A DNA stretch of 56,935 bases, counting the filler, from Sphacelaria rigidula (taxonomy: Eukaryota), in assembly GCA_964200075.2 (NCBI GenBank). It is 8 parts of 8 records of this genome, joined end to end, with 100 filler letters (N's around TTAATTAATTAA, not from the genome) between each part and the next. Parts side by side here need not be neighbours in the genome. Positions count along the whole stretch, not along the records: positions 1 to 7,030 come from CAXNAA020016871.1; positions 7,131 to 14,160 come from CAXNAA020016872.1; 6 more parts are not named here. The stretch is one strand, 5' to 3'. How positions within the stretch are numbered: position 1 is the first letter of the stretch; each line of letters begins with the position of its first letter. The translations under genes were made by a program, and so were the position numbers. The notes below the pieces were generated by a model that saw nothing but the letters and a program-made list of their open reading frames with translations, made no database searches and was not told the origin of the DNA. Shown here piece by piece: positions 1-12,227 of this stretch.

Positions 1-167
1 TAAAAAAATGACTCACTTAAAGCGAATGATCAAAGCCACTCTCAATCGAAGAGCTACTCTCAATCTCACGAAAACGTTTTTACCTAAAAGCTGGGCTAGC
101 GAACGGTTTTTTTTTCAGTTGATGGGTGATGCACGGCTTAACCCTTTGATCGCGAGGGTAGGTCACC

Positions 168-427
168 TGCTGAATCGGCATCAATAATATTGACTTGAGA
201 AAAGTGTGCGTGATCCAGATGGACTACCCGCACCGCGGGGACGACAGTTATTGTTCCTGCCGGTGGTGCGGACGGTCCATCGAGCGAAGGTGGGCTTGGT
301 CGATCAACGGGCTGTGCTGTCGATCCGGTCACGGGGGAGGCTGTCGGCTGAGCCGGGGGCGGCCTTGTGGGTGTTTCGATCGGAGACGAGGTCGGTGTCC
401 ACAGGTTACTTCGAGGAGTTAGACGCT
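168..427 (-). CDS. Possible internal exon encoding a Pro/Thr/Ser-rich linker
   Basis: Minus frame reads PTSSPIETPTRPPPAQPTASPVTGSTAQP..., with a candidate acceptor (ctcAG) and donor (AG|GTGACC). No domain recognised; boundaries approximate. Confidence 0.3.
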
Positions 428-3400
428 GAGATTTCGAAACATTTTTACTGTCAACACGCGAAACATTTCTCGACCTACAGTAGTACCAAAAAAACACAAA
501 AAAAAAACAGAGTGATGTAGAACGTCGGCAAAAACTAGAAAATGCCATAACTCCATGAAAAACACAAAAAAACGGCGCGGTATCTCGGATCACAATTTTT
601 CACTTGCGCGCGGAAGATCCTTGTAAAATCGGCTGAAATCCATCTCTTAAAATTTGGCCGCGCGTGGAACCCGCTCTTAACCGTGCGTGTCAAAGTTGGC
701 ATGCGTAATTCCGACGCGTTTAATAATGATGGTGATGAAAAGCTCAGCACACTCTCTCGCGCCACGAAATGAGACGCACTCGGCATTTAATGCAGTAGTA
801 CATGGACGCCATCGCCACAACTGGGTTAATCGAACAGCGGCGAAGCCATGCACGATAATCAGGTTGGTCTGCAGATCACAGCGACGTGCATACATCGGGC
901 TGATTCGGGAAACTGAAAAAAGTTGCTGTGTTCCCACGGGTTCTATATACTCTACGACTGGCCCCGCTCGTACAATAAGTATTATTGTCGTGTTGCTCAC
1001 TGTTACAGATCCAAAGACCATACCTGTCTCAAAGATGTGGAAAGGAGGGAGGAGTGCAACTAACAAGGCATGATAATATTATGTGAGATATGTAGAGAGA
1101 GTAAGTTGGCAATAACTTGGCCATCCATGCATGAAGCATCCAAACCCCCATCTTTGCTCATGTCACAAGCCATAACGGACACGGTAGTACCCCTTTTCAT
1201 CACTCGTTTGGTGTTTGCCCGCCCATTATTACACAGCCAGTCGGACTTTTCAAGCGCAGTCAGTTCAACCACATCACGGCGCCCACAACGGAAATGTGGA
1301 TGCACGATGCAATGTGTGCGTGTGTTTGGACGTTTCCGAATGACAAGATTGACACGCAACATGCGTTTTTTGCCGTCGACGGCAACGTATTTGATGATCG
1401 AGCTGTCAAGATTAGAATCACTGCCAAAGGTATGGTCTGAGGGGGTTTCACGCACAACAGCTGGTTTTCTAGACTCAACAGCCCACCGCATTAGCCCAGA
1501 TCATGAGAGTGCTGGTCGACAGCGAGCGTGCACTGTGAAATCAAGTTGCTTCATTGTACTACTGCCCGATTGCATGTTGTTCGCTCGTTTTCATTGAAAA
1601 GTGCTATCGTGGGACGATCGAGAAGAGTGCGTTACTATTGTGGCATGCCATGATGATAACACCTACCACCGGGAGTATTCACATGCACACCGCCACCGGA
1701 AAACGCATGTGTGGCGGTCCCTATATCATATGTGCGGACACCGTCTAGCCTTGACGGTTGCTACCGTTCGCCGTAGGTCACACGCTAGTTTCACACAAGC
1801 ACGTCGACGAAAGCCCGGCCAGAAGTCACGGTTAATTAATTTGTCAATTGATTGTTACAGTAATTAATTGTTACACCAACAACACCGCCAGCAACCTCAT
1901 CACTAACACGACCACCCAGCAGCAACAATAACAATAACAATAACAATGTATACCTTGGCATTGCTTCCCATCCCATAAGCCACTTCTCCCTTGGCGGCTT
2001 TGACCGCCACTGCCCGGCACAGAGCTTCGCTGCAAAGCAGAGCCTTTTCCAGGCTCTCGGCAGTTACGCGAAGCCCGGCTCTAATCTCGATGGATTCCAT
2101 CGTTGACATGGTGAACAGCCAGTTGCAAACAGAGAGTCGAGTGGCTCCACTTACAACGTGATTGCAATGTGTATTCTTTGTTGGGGCTCCGTTGTAGGCT
2201 ACACCCACGAAGTTCCTGGGCGGTCAGATCTTGGTGGATGTCGGCGTTGCGCTGTGCAATCTGATATGTGCAAAGTGCAACGAAACTATTGCGCAGGAGG
2301 TATCAACTGTGGCGAGGCTGGCCATGGCAGCAAAGAACCAACCAGCGAAGCAAGAGGCGTCGACCACGGGGAATTTGGAGAATGGCCGTCGTATCTTTTA
2401 TCGTCGCGATGCCTGGTTTAGATGGTAGCAGATGAGCATTTCCCAGCAGATCCTTTAGGTCCAGCTGAAGGCTGCCACGTCATGTACTATGGGCGAACAT
2501 GCACATTGCACACCTCGGTCCGGTGCCGCACCCTGGTTTATTCTCCTGCTTTAAGGTCATCACATCAGATCGAAACTGAAAATGACGCATGCATGCACGC
2601 GTTGTTCAGCCTGAAATTTGTGTAGGTCGTCCAACTTTAATGAAGAACAGTTGTGTATTCCGATCTTGCAATGCCTCGAGCAACAAAATTTCACGGCTAG
2701 GACGAATCATCACGACGACTAAGAATCACCAAATCCACGATTTCTCCGGCCTGATTGCCTCAAAAGGAGAAAAAAATTGATCGCTGGTCCAAGGGGTATC
2801 CACGCAACTTTTGCGTCATTCCCCTTGTCTGGGCTGCGTGTACCTGGGCTGCAACGCTAAAAACAAAGCCACGGGATTGATTCGTACGAGTCGAATCAAT
2901 TGTACTAAAACCAAGTAATTTTCAGACAAATCATCATTTGTCCGACCCTTGCAAAATTTCGCGCAGGCTTTGTTGTTCGAATTGGGTAAAACCCCACCGG
3001 TGGCACCACGACACCACGTCGTATAGGTATGTCACATCGCAGCATCAATTTGCCACTGTCCACACTCGATAGTACTACGACCGCACACCCCATATGTACC
3101 AGCAGGTACAGACTACTTCCAAGCAGGGTCGACGGACGTTCGCCTGTGAAATGTACTGTCGCATGAGAGGTACTGACCGGTGATGATGAGGTGACATGTC
3201 GCAAGCCATCGCACGCGCCCATCATCTTGTCTGCATTGCTAACAATCGAACATGGGGAATCCAGGTGTGTGCGCCGCTGGGGTGTACTTCATGCTGGCCT
3301 CGTGTGTGTTGGGAGCGCGCCCGAATTGTGCGCGTACCTGCGCTGTTGTGTGTAGATGAATGTGTGCGCTACAGTATACGAGCTGGACCAGCGTAAAAAA

Positions 3401-3699
3401 AGCCGGTGCACGGCGTGCGAAATACTGCTCCAAATCTTGACCGGTCCTGGCTCTAAATCGCCGATTCTCACCTCAATTTTGAGAGTTGGACTTCAAATTT
3501 GGTCCGGAGAATCGCAAGGCATGATGAAAAATAAAAACCGGGTCATTCAAGGGTCTATCGGGAGAAGATTTTTGAACGCGGAGCCCCCCCCCTCCCCGTC
3601 CCCCCCTCCCTCTCCCGAAGGACAATTTTTCGAGAACTGCCATGAATTTTTCCATTTCTGACATTATTGAAGAAATTTTGCATCAAGAAACAATGACAA

Positions 3700-3858
3700 A
3701 AACAGAAGAAAAAAAAAAGTCGGGTGGACTTCGCGAGGCTCGTGGATTTGCTTCTGCTCCTTGCCCGCTCGACTGTCCCGATGACCTCGGATGCCGCCCA
3801 ACCTCACACGCATGTAGTATGCACACGAGCGCACAGTAGCGACAACCTGCAACCAAAG
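3700..3858 (+). repeat. Dispersed repeat, copy 1 (other copy about 21140-21290)
   Basis: Shared sequence ttgcttctgctccttgcccgc...ctgtcccgatgacctcggatgccgcc...gtagcgaca in two different contigs. Confidence 0.85.
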
Positions 3859-4726
3859 TAGCAACTTTATCTCAGGCCTCGCCAAACTTGCCCGGACTAA
3901 TGGTAAATACTCGAGGCTCAAGACACAGAACATGATCCCATGAACGTCATCATGGTAAGTGATAAGCTTGGGGGGCGCCGTGTCTGCCATGTCATCGGTC
4001 TCTGTGCCAAGGATCTCTGTAGACGGTAGCTGACCGCACCTGCCAACGCCTCGGCGGTAAACTAGGGGACAGCAGGCTGGGTGTCGCTGAAACTAACTCG
4101 CTCTGAAGTCGTCGGGAATCCCACCATTGCACAGAAAGATTTTCTGCCTTAGACGGCGAGAATAGGTCATTTTATGATGTGGAATCGGCATCAATTTCAT
4201 CCACTTGAAAAAAGCATGCCTGTTTCGAATGGATTAACCTCGAGACCACCGGGTGAAGGTTAGTAGGGTTATTTCCCGTTCTGGGTGAGTGAGATAGTAT
4301 CGTATCCACCTTATTAGCGTTCGATATGAAAGCAAATAATCATCATCATTAGTGCAAAATGTCGAACCGAAATGATCGAAATAATTCATCAAAATATCGT
4401 ACGACGTACGATACCCGGCAATGGAAAACATTTCGACATTTTCTCGCAATCGGTTTCAATAACGGTCGTTCAATAACAATACGATATATATATATATATA
4501 TATATTTTAACTTCCACGGGGAGCCCGACTAATGCCATGACAGCCCCCTCTCAAAACCAGCCCAAAACTGTCACGAAGAAAATGGTCATATACAGCGCCC
4601 AATGTTTGGTTCCAGGCTGCACGAAACACCTCATACGGGCGACATTGCCGAAAACGATCCCAAGTGTGGGAATTCCCGGTTGCTCGCTATCCTCGTTTTT
4701 TTTTTCATTTCGATTCACGTGTAAGT

Positions 4727-4990
4727 GCTGGTCTCCCCGGTGGCTCAGTTAGTTGGTAACCTCGAAACCTTCTGACGGCTGGATCGTGGGTTCGAATCTT
4801 GATGCAGTCGCGCGATCTGGGATTGTTCTCACACGACACCCAACAGTGGAGAGCGGCTATGTCGTGGGTACACAAAATTCGACTTCACGGTCGACGAGGG
4901 AAAGGGAGAGAGCTGAATCCCTCTCACGATAACAAATACGGCAAGCACCGCAGAAGGAAGGTAGAGCAACCCCGAGCCTTGATGTGCAGC
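4727..4990 (+). mobile_element. tRNA-derived SINE (short variant)
   Basis: A-box-like TGGCTCAGTTAGTTGG and B-box GGTTCGAATC, then the core cccaacagtggagagcg.ctatgtcgtgggtacacaaaattcgactt.acggtcgacgagggaaaggga, nearly identical to the minus-strand copy ending at 37207. Confidence 0.75.
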
Positions 4991-5554
4991 CTCAGAAAAA
5001 AAATGGACTGAAAAGTGCACCCCTACCGCGGAATCACTCTCAGATGATTTCTGTTGGAAAAACTCAGCGAGGTGTACAATTCTTGGTTCAATTTGGGGGG
5101 CGGTTAATTTGCGTCATCACGCGTTCATGTCGTCAGCGTTGTTCATGTACCAACACGTGGAAAAATATCCAACGTTATCATAGCTGTCAGTGAGTCCGGA
5201 TGGCTTATGACGTGAAATACGGCAAAAAATATTCCAAGACACTGTAAGACAGGTTGAGACCATCCGCTCAACACGACACGCAGGCTCTGCCTGACGATTC
5301 TGCGCCTGTAGCGTCAGACGGTAGAAGCTTTATTGTGTTGCAGTTTTCTCATTTCCTTCGAACTGGAGGATGAGCCTATTGATTGATCGATTCATTCATC
5401 GCCGCACATCAACTGGTCCTCGAGGAGCCCAGCCGTGGTCACAACGATGACCAGCCAACGAACGTCGCTCGCCGGTCACCTCTCCCCTCACCCCTCCTCT
5501 TCATTTTGGTGATGAAGAATTAACCCTCACGAGTTTTTTTTACAGCACTGAATA

Positions 5555-5587
<33 letters not shown>

Positions 5588-6454
5588 CTGCTACAGCAAC
5601 AACAATTTGCCTGCTTACTTCAAAACACACGATTAACAGTGTTTTTGTTTTTTGACACACGTGCCTCTATGGCAGGACACGACCAACCCACAAAAAACTA
5701 GCGAGATATATCGAGAAAATCCTGAAACTCCGAACAACCAATTTCCCGACATACAGAGAAAGCGCCAACCTTCGCTACTTTCTCCTCTCCTCGCAGTTCC
5801 TCACGCCCCCCCCCCCGCGCCCCCGATCTTTGGATATTCGGGGTATACCATCGTCGAACGTCATGTACCCACCACTCCATTCCAACACTCTGCACGACCC
5901 TTTACAAACAGCGTAAACAATTTCTCGATCCCCTATTCCAGCAGCTTGTAGTCAGGCTCGTCTAGTGCTCACCCGGATCGTCCAGACACAACACACCCAT
6001 CTAAACGGGACAGGCCGTTCTCCCCGAGCAGCTACCCTACACCCACCGACCCACCGTAGCAACGGTAGGATGAAGACAACCAACCCCTATGTTTCATCAC
6101 CCTCCACGCGCGGCCTAGGCCGTCTAAAACCCGACATACCACTCCCGCCTCGGCGATGTGGTGATGTAGGGGGGGGCGGTGTCAGAACGCCCGCTGCGCT
6201 ACTGTATACCAGTAAGTGTGTTTATGTCAGTACGCCCCCCCCGGCTCCCCTCAAACCTTGCCAGGATTCGCCATTCCCGCAAATGATACCCTTTACTCGA
6301 AAAAAACGTTAAGAAGTAAATCATGACAAAACAAGCACAATCAGCTGGAGAAGAAAATATTCTCAAGAGAGGGAGCAAAACGTTCTCAGGTTCTTCCATT
6401 ACGCAGCCAGCCAGCCAGCCAATCTTGACACCCCGGCCCCCTCCTCTTACCCGG

Positions 6455-6699
6455 TCAAGAGACAGTGCTCGGTGTTGACCCGTCTGCTTTTGGCTCGCCG
6501 GATGCTTCCCCCTCTGTTGTCGCTGCTGATGTTGGTGAGGAGGGCGGTAGCTTCTTCACGGCCTTCATCATGCCGTATTGCATCAAGCCCTTTTTGAAAG
6601 CCTGGTGCATGCGCTCGATGCACCAGGCGTCGCGTACGGTCTTGTAGTAGGACCGGGGCACGCGGAGCCACGGCCAAGGATTTACAACGCCCACCCAAA
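6455..6699 (-). CDS. Last exon of a cyanobacterial-type MPBQ/MSBQ (tocopherol/plastoquinone pathway) SAM-dependent methyltransferase
   Basis: Polypyrimidine tract and AG acceptor at 6700-6701. Exon reads xWVGVVNPWPWLRVPRSYYKTVRDAWCIERMHQAFKKGLMQYGMMKAVK...TGA, matching the C-terminus I recall for algal cyanobacterial-type MPBQ methyltransferases (WVGV.DPW...YKT.R....ERMH.AF..GLM.YGMM). Confidence 0.8.
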
Positions 6700-7030
6700 C
6701 TATGCGAAAGGGGAGGGGGGGGGGGGGGGGGGAGGGGCAAGAGAACAAAGGCACAGGGAACATTCATCCACCATGGGTTTCATTAGGCACGGTCGGCATT
6801 TCAACGTAAACGAGGACGGATCACACGGCCGCGTATGTAGCCAAAAGGTAAGATCCTACATGAAGTCTTATTTACTCGTAACGTCATTGGGCTTATTTCA
6901 TGAAGGCATCTTGTCTTGTGGCTTCATCAACAACGACCGCCCCCCCGCCCGCCCCGCCCCCCCACGAGGTGAATAGAATAAAGCAACTCATTGTTGGCTG
7001 TCATCCTAATTCAAGATAATCAGTAGGCTT

Positions 7031-7130
7031 NNNNNNNNNNNNNNNNNNNNNNNNNNNNNNNNNNNNNNNNNNNNTTAATTAATTAANNNNNNNNNNNNNN
7101 NNNNNNNNNNNNNNNNNNNNNNNNNNNNNN
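7031..7130. other. Artificial contig-joining spacer (N44-TTAATTAATTAA-N44)
   Basis: Identical 100-nt pattern also at 14161-14260, 21291-21390, 28420-28519, 35549-35648, 42678-42777 and 49807-49906. TTAATTAATTAA gives stops in all six frames. Confidence 0.98.
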
Positions 7131-7816
7131 CTCTCAATCGTATCATCTACTCTCAATCTCACGAAAACACTGTTCAAACTGTTATGCCAATTAATCCTTT
7201 TTTTTGTTTTTTTCGGCTTGTAGATTCAAAGTGGTCAACGAAATGCCAGGCCGACCCCGCCGCCGCTGACCCCCACTCTCCTCCGTTCCCGAAATCTGAC
7301 GATAGGTGCGTTCCCGAAATATGTATGTTGTAGTTGAGTAAATCACGCTGCCATGCTTAAATGAAGTGGTGCACGCATCTACTACATACACACGACACGC
7401 CCGCATTTGAGGCATCAAGAGCTGCTTCGTTGGTAGGCAGCATAAAATATAACTAACTCTACGACAGCTGTTGGTGCCCTACTACCTGGGATTGGAGTCT
7501 TGAGGCTGCTTTCACGTTTGTCTGCATCGTGGCAACTATTGTTTCTCTCCAATGGCTCACCACTAGAATAGATTATTTGTCAACCCCACACCGATACCAA
7601 GTAGGGACCTCACACGAACACCAAGTAGCTTGTACTACATATGAAAGTTGAGTTGTTCTCCATGAGCTTTTAACCAGATATATCAAGCCGCATAGTGCAC
7701 AAATTACTGTCCGTGCAAGTTATTCATTTGCTGATCAACGCATATCTCCCGCTGTGCGTTCCAGACGCTTTCTGGTGCGTACTCGGCGAATTAACATTCA
7801 ACACTCGTTTGAGGGA

Positions 7817-10018
7817 ATGCCACCTGATCAGCGACACCTGGTGATAAGGCAGAAGGGCTGCATCGCCACACTCGTTCTGCTCGGGATATCCTGCACTGGC
7901 GTAGCAACCGCTCCTTGCAGCAACAGCGAGCCTCCGTATGTTTGGAAAATTGAAGACACAGCAACGGCCACGGCTCTGGCTGCCGCAGTCAATCAATGCT
8001 CTGGCGGAGTATTCAATATAAAGTGGACAGGAAACGTCGTCGTGGAACGCGAAATCCATGTAGCCGGTGGGACTTCCCTCAATGTAGCTGGAAGTGATTC
8101 GGCAGCCGCGATGGAGGGGAGTGGAAACAATCGACTTTTCACCGTCGAAAACGCGTTTCTGAATGTGAGCAACATGATTATCAGCAACGGCAACGCAACG
8201 TTCGGTGGAGCGATCGCCTGTGATCGCTCGAACATGTCGTTCTACCAGACGTCATTCACTAATAACGTCGCCGTGAAGGGGGATGGTGGAGCTCTTCATG
8301 TTGCCAATGGCTCGATCGTTTCGTGGGGCGGCCTGACAAGGTTCGTTGGTAATGGCGCTTTCGGTGGCGGCGGTGCGGCTTTCATTAGTGACAGCTCCCG
8401 TGTCTCATGGGGAGGAATTGCATTGCTGTTGAGCAATACTGCCTCACGGGGAGGTGCGATTTACTTAGAAAATAACTCCAGTGCATTCTGGGAAGCGGAG
8501 ACACTCTTTTACGACAATATCGCAGAGCATACAGGAGGCGCCTTGAATGTGTATAACGGATCAACTGTATCGTGGGAAGGGAAAACGTCGTTCTCCAGCA
8601 ACAGCGGACAGTGGGGTGGAGGCGTGCATGTTGAAAACAACTCCAAGGTATCCTGGGAAGCGGAGACTCTCTTCTTCGGCAATCACGCTCCGTCCAATGG
8701 CGGTGGGGCTGGATTGGACGTCTATGACGGGTCAAGCGCATCGTGGACGGCAAAGACGAGCTTCATCAACAACAACGCTTCAAGGCATGGTGGCGCGATA
8801 CAAGTCAATGCTGCCTCTGTATCGTGGGAAGCGAGGACTAATTTCACTGGAAATATCGCATTCAAACATTCTGGTGGTGCTGTCTTCCTTTTCGACGGCG
8901 CCAGTGCATTCTGGACAGGCGACACTTTGTTTTCGAACAACAGTGCTGCTTATGGGGGCGCCCTTGCATGTGAACTGGGTTCCGACGCATCTTGGGGGGG
9001 GAAAACGTCGTTCTCGAACAACGGCGCTGAATATGGGGGTGCCGTGCTCGCCAGTCGTGGCTCCCGTGCGTCTTGGGAGGCAGAGACCTTGTTTATCAGG
9101 AATTTTGTGACTAGTACTGGGGGTGCACTAAATATCTACAAGAACTCCGCTATATCGTGGGCAGGGAAAACTTCTTTCTCCCAGAATATTGGTATTGATG
9201 GAGGGGGGGCCATTTACGCGATGAATCACTCTGGTGTGTCATGGACTGTAGACACTGTGTTTGTCGATAACTCGGCGGCGGGTGGAGCGGGTGGTGCTGT
9301 GCTCATTGAATACGGTTCCAGTGCATCCTGGGAAGCAACCACACTATTTCGTAACAACTATGCAGGTACATCAGGAGGTGCTGTTGCGATGTCATCTGCA
9401 AATAGGAACAGTGAAGATATCATGTCGTCCATCGTCATCAATGGCTCCGCCACGTTCCTCGAGAATAGGTGCAGCGCAGGTGGAGGGGCGATGTCGATCA
9501 TCGGCGTGATAGCTACGAATTTTACGAGGGGATCATTGAAGTTTGATCGTAACCACGCGGCCGTTGCCGGAGGGGCGGTGTTCGTGGCCAGTGTAGGGAT
9601 TGGGCCACAGTTCACCGGTGTGACGTTCTCGTCCAACTACGCCGGAAGAGGCGGGGCGGTGTCCACTACGGGTAGCGGAACATCCCTGACGGATTATGAA
9701 TACCTCCATCCGACGACGTTCGATCACTGCTACTTTTCCCGCAACAAGGCAACAATGGACGGCGGTGCAGTGGAGAGTGGAGCGGGCCAAGATAGGTTCA
9801 TCGATACGACGTTTGACCACAACGTTGCACCGGTCGCGGGAGCTTTGAGTCTCGCCGGTACGGCATCCATATCCAACTGTACATTTGTCGAGAATGCTTC
9901 AGCCGAGGGCGAAGGAGCAGCAATCTCCAATGTGGGATCCATCAACATCACCGACGATACGTTCTTCGCCGACAACGTCTTCGAGTGTGAGCACGAGAAG
10001 TATCTCGCTTATGAAATG
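7817..10018 (+). CDS. Exon 1 of a polymorphic-outer-membrane-protein-like (Pmp/adhesin-like) beta-helix repeat protein
   Basis: ATG at 7817 within the 761-aa ORF, hydrophobic signal-like segment (IATLVLLGISCTGVATA), many FxxN...GGA(I/L/V) repeats, donor ATG|GTGAGC at 10019. Confidence 0.88.
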
Positions 10019-10676
10019 GTGAGCATTAGTATCAGATGATTAGGACACCTGTTTTCTTCGCCGTTCAACATGTACACGTGAGTGCAGTAGCGACGGGTCT
10101 TGAAGAACAAATATGGATTCGAATAGACGACCCTCCTCCCTTACCGACGTGAGATCTGACACTTGGTAGACCTCCGGGGTGCGGCGGCAGTCGTTTCCGC
10201 AGTACAACCTCTGAGGACAGACCTGAGAGACTAATTTGAAACGTTTTTCGCGAAACAATTTCGGGGGGTGATATCGCAGCGATCGTAGGATACGACATTA
10301 CGGTTTTCTTGGACGACACTTATTTCGTCCCGACAACACAGTCCTCTTGCTCAGTACAGACACAGGGAATCTAGGGCCCAGCTTGGTGCAACGATGGAAA
10401 GATAAGAAAGGATGCCATCCGTAAGATATTTTGCAGTACAACTTACCCGGAGGTTAGCTTCGCAATCGTCGTTGGTGTAGCACTCGGCGCGATGACGCAT
10501 GGAGAAATCGGCACATGAGAAAGCTGCATATATTGCATGAGAGAACGCACCGGGCGTTGGAATTCACCTACTGCAGTGCTGTCTAGATGGAATTCGAGGA
10601 TAGGAAGGCCGAAAAGTCTTCATACTACACATTTCAAAATATATATTTTTTGTAACCCGTGCTTGCCGTCTCACAG

Positions 10677-10956
10677 ACCGGGAATACGTTCGAAACCGCC
10701 TGCGACGGATGCGGGGCGCCATGCAACGAATGCGTCGCTATTGCCAACAACAGCAAGACGCCGGTGTGCCTTCGCCAACTCGAGCACTCCGAGAGTGATG
10801 GTGGTAATCGTACTGTGCAGATGCTGTCGATCGACCCAGGCTATTGGCGAGCCACGAACACCAGTGAAGACGTGAGAGCGTGCTACCACACTGAAGCATG
10901 CGTCGGGGGAATTACAGGGCATCCTGGTTACTGTCAAGAGGGATACAAGGGGCCAT
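10677..10956 (+). CDS. Exon 2 of Pmp-like protein (Cys-rich region)
   Basis: Phase-0 acceptor tcacAG|ACC. Reads TGNTFETACDGCGAPCNEC...IDPGYWRAT...ACYHTEACVGG...YCQEGYKGP. Phase-1 donor T|GTGAGG. Confidence 0.85.
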
Positions 10957-11336
10957 GTGAGGACCGAGTGGTTTTGTTTGACTCCGATATCATGTTTGTA
11001 TTCGGAATGTACAGTATTCGTCTGGATACGGTGGTGTTATGCCCCCCTCCCCCCCCCTGTGTGAGGTGATATTGGGGTTCATTGAATTATGTCCGAGATT
11101 CGTGTGCTGCCTTGCTAGTTGACCGAGGCGTTTAGAACACATTTGTTGTCTGAAGGGACCACGCCTAACGTGGGGGGAATCATGCCCTGACATCCTAAGC
11201 AGTGCGTCGAGAATATTCCTCTCCAATAATAATTCCACTCGAGGTTGACGATTATACTCCCCCCCTTCTTTGATTGCGGTTTGATCCTGACCACTCAGTG
11301 TCCGCCAACGCCATTCCTCGTGATCTTGATGTGCAG

Positions 11337-11590
11337 ATTGTTCTATTTGCGAGACAAATTTCACCTCGGGCCCAGGTTACACTTGCTACAGCTGCTCTGA
11401 TGCCACTAATCGGCTGGTACTAGCGATCGTTGTTGGCGTCCTCGCTTTTATTGCGTTAGCTGCCTTCCTCCTCTACATGGTTGTTGCGGAGTCGGAGCAC
11501 AGCGACGGAGGAATCCTGGGTCGCGTGGTACGACTCGTTCCGCTGCAGTCCGTGAAGATCGTCATCGTCGCGTGGCAAATCTTGACGCAG
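11337..11590 (+). CDS. Exon 3 of Pmp-like protein (Cys motif plus transmembrane segments); gene continues beyond
   Basis: Phase-1 acceptor gtgcAG|AT. Reads YCSICETNFTSGPGYTCYSC-SDATNR-LVLAIVVGVLAFIALAAFLLYMVV...VPLQSVKIVIVAWQILTQ|GTGAAA. Not in the supplied ORF track. Confidence 0.85.
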
Positions 11591-11798
11591 GTGAAATGAG
11601 GAAAGTCGTGCTAACGTTCATAATATTTATTATTGCACGCATCGATTGAGGTTTTGAATTCTGGGGCTGACTAATCGTGTCACCTAAACTGCGCTACGCT
11701 CAGCCGTGGCGATACTACGCACTCATGGAAGGTAGACGGCAACATTCATGAGAAGCTCGAGGATAAAGACAGGGGAACGGAGAAAGTAAAAGATTATA

Positions 11799-12227
11799 AC
11801 AGCCGATCATCGAAATTGAGAACTTTTCATTGAGAATGAGAACCTGGAGGATTAAAACCTTCGTATCTGCACCAAACCTTCGAAATGTGGCTTCATTCCC
11901 TCACCTACTGGTAGCTATTGATAAGTACTACACGTCATACAAATTGTGGTTTCGATGACGGAAATATTGGAGTCCTAGGCGAAAAAACAATTTCGAGGGA
12001 ACTTCGGGATTCCGATCGGATCATCGAAATTCCCCAAATTTGTTTCTTTATTCAGGACCCCGACATTTCAGTTATCGGAATCAAAATTTGAAGTGCGTGT
12101 AGCAGTTGTCAGTAGCTACGAGTAGGTGAAGAAATGGAAGCATACGTCGAAGATTTGGTGTGGATACAGATTTGAACCCTCCGGGTTTTCATCCTCAATG
12201 TAATCCTCAAAATCGACGATCGGCTGT
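11799..12227. mobile_element. Foldback MITE with ACAGCCGATC termini
   Basis: ACAGCCGATCATCGA ... TCGACGATCGGCTGT; whole element is an imperfect inverted repeat. Partial copies at about 14094-14160 and 49980-50095. Confidence 0.85.

Noticed and set aside
1903..2430. Protein-like frames on both strands
   Set aside because: They are interrupted by stops and show no recognisable motif or consistent splice structure.
4727..4810. Functional tRNA gene
   Set aside because: A and B boxes are present but I cannot form a complete cloverleaf, and it runs directly into a dispersed repeat body, so it is a SINE head.
7754..10039. Bacterial autotransporter from contamination or recent horizontal transfer
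   Set aside because: It continues through canonical spliceosomal introns into Cys-rich and TM exons, and no beta-barrel is seen.
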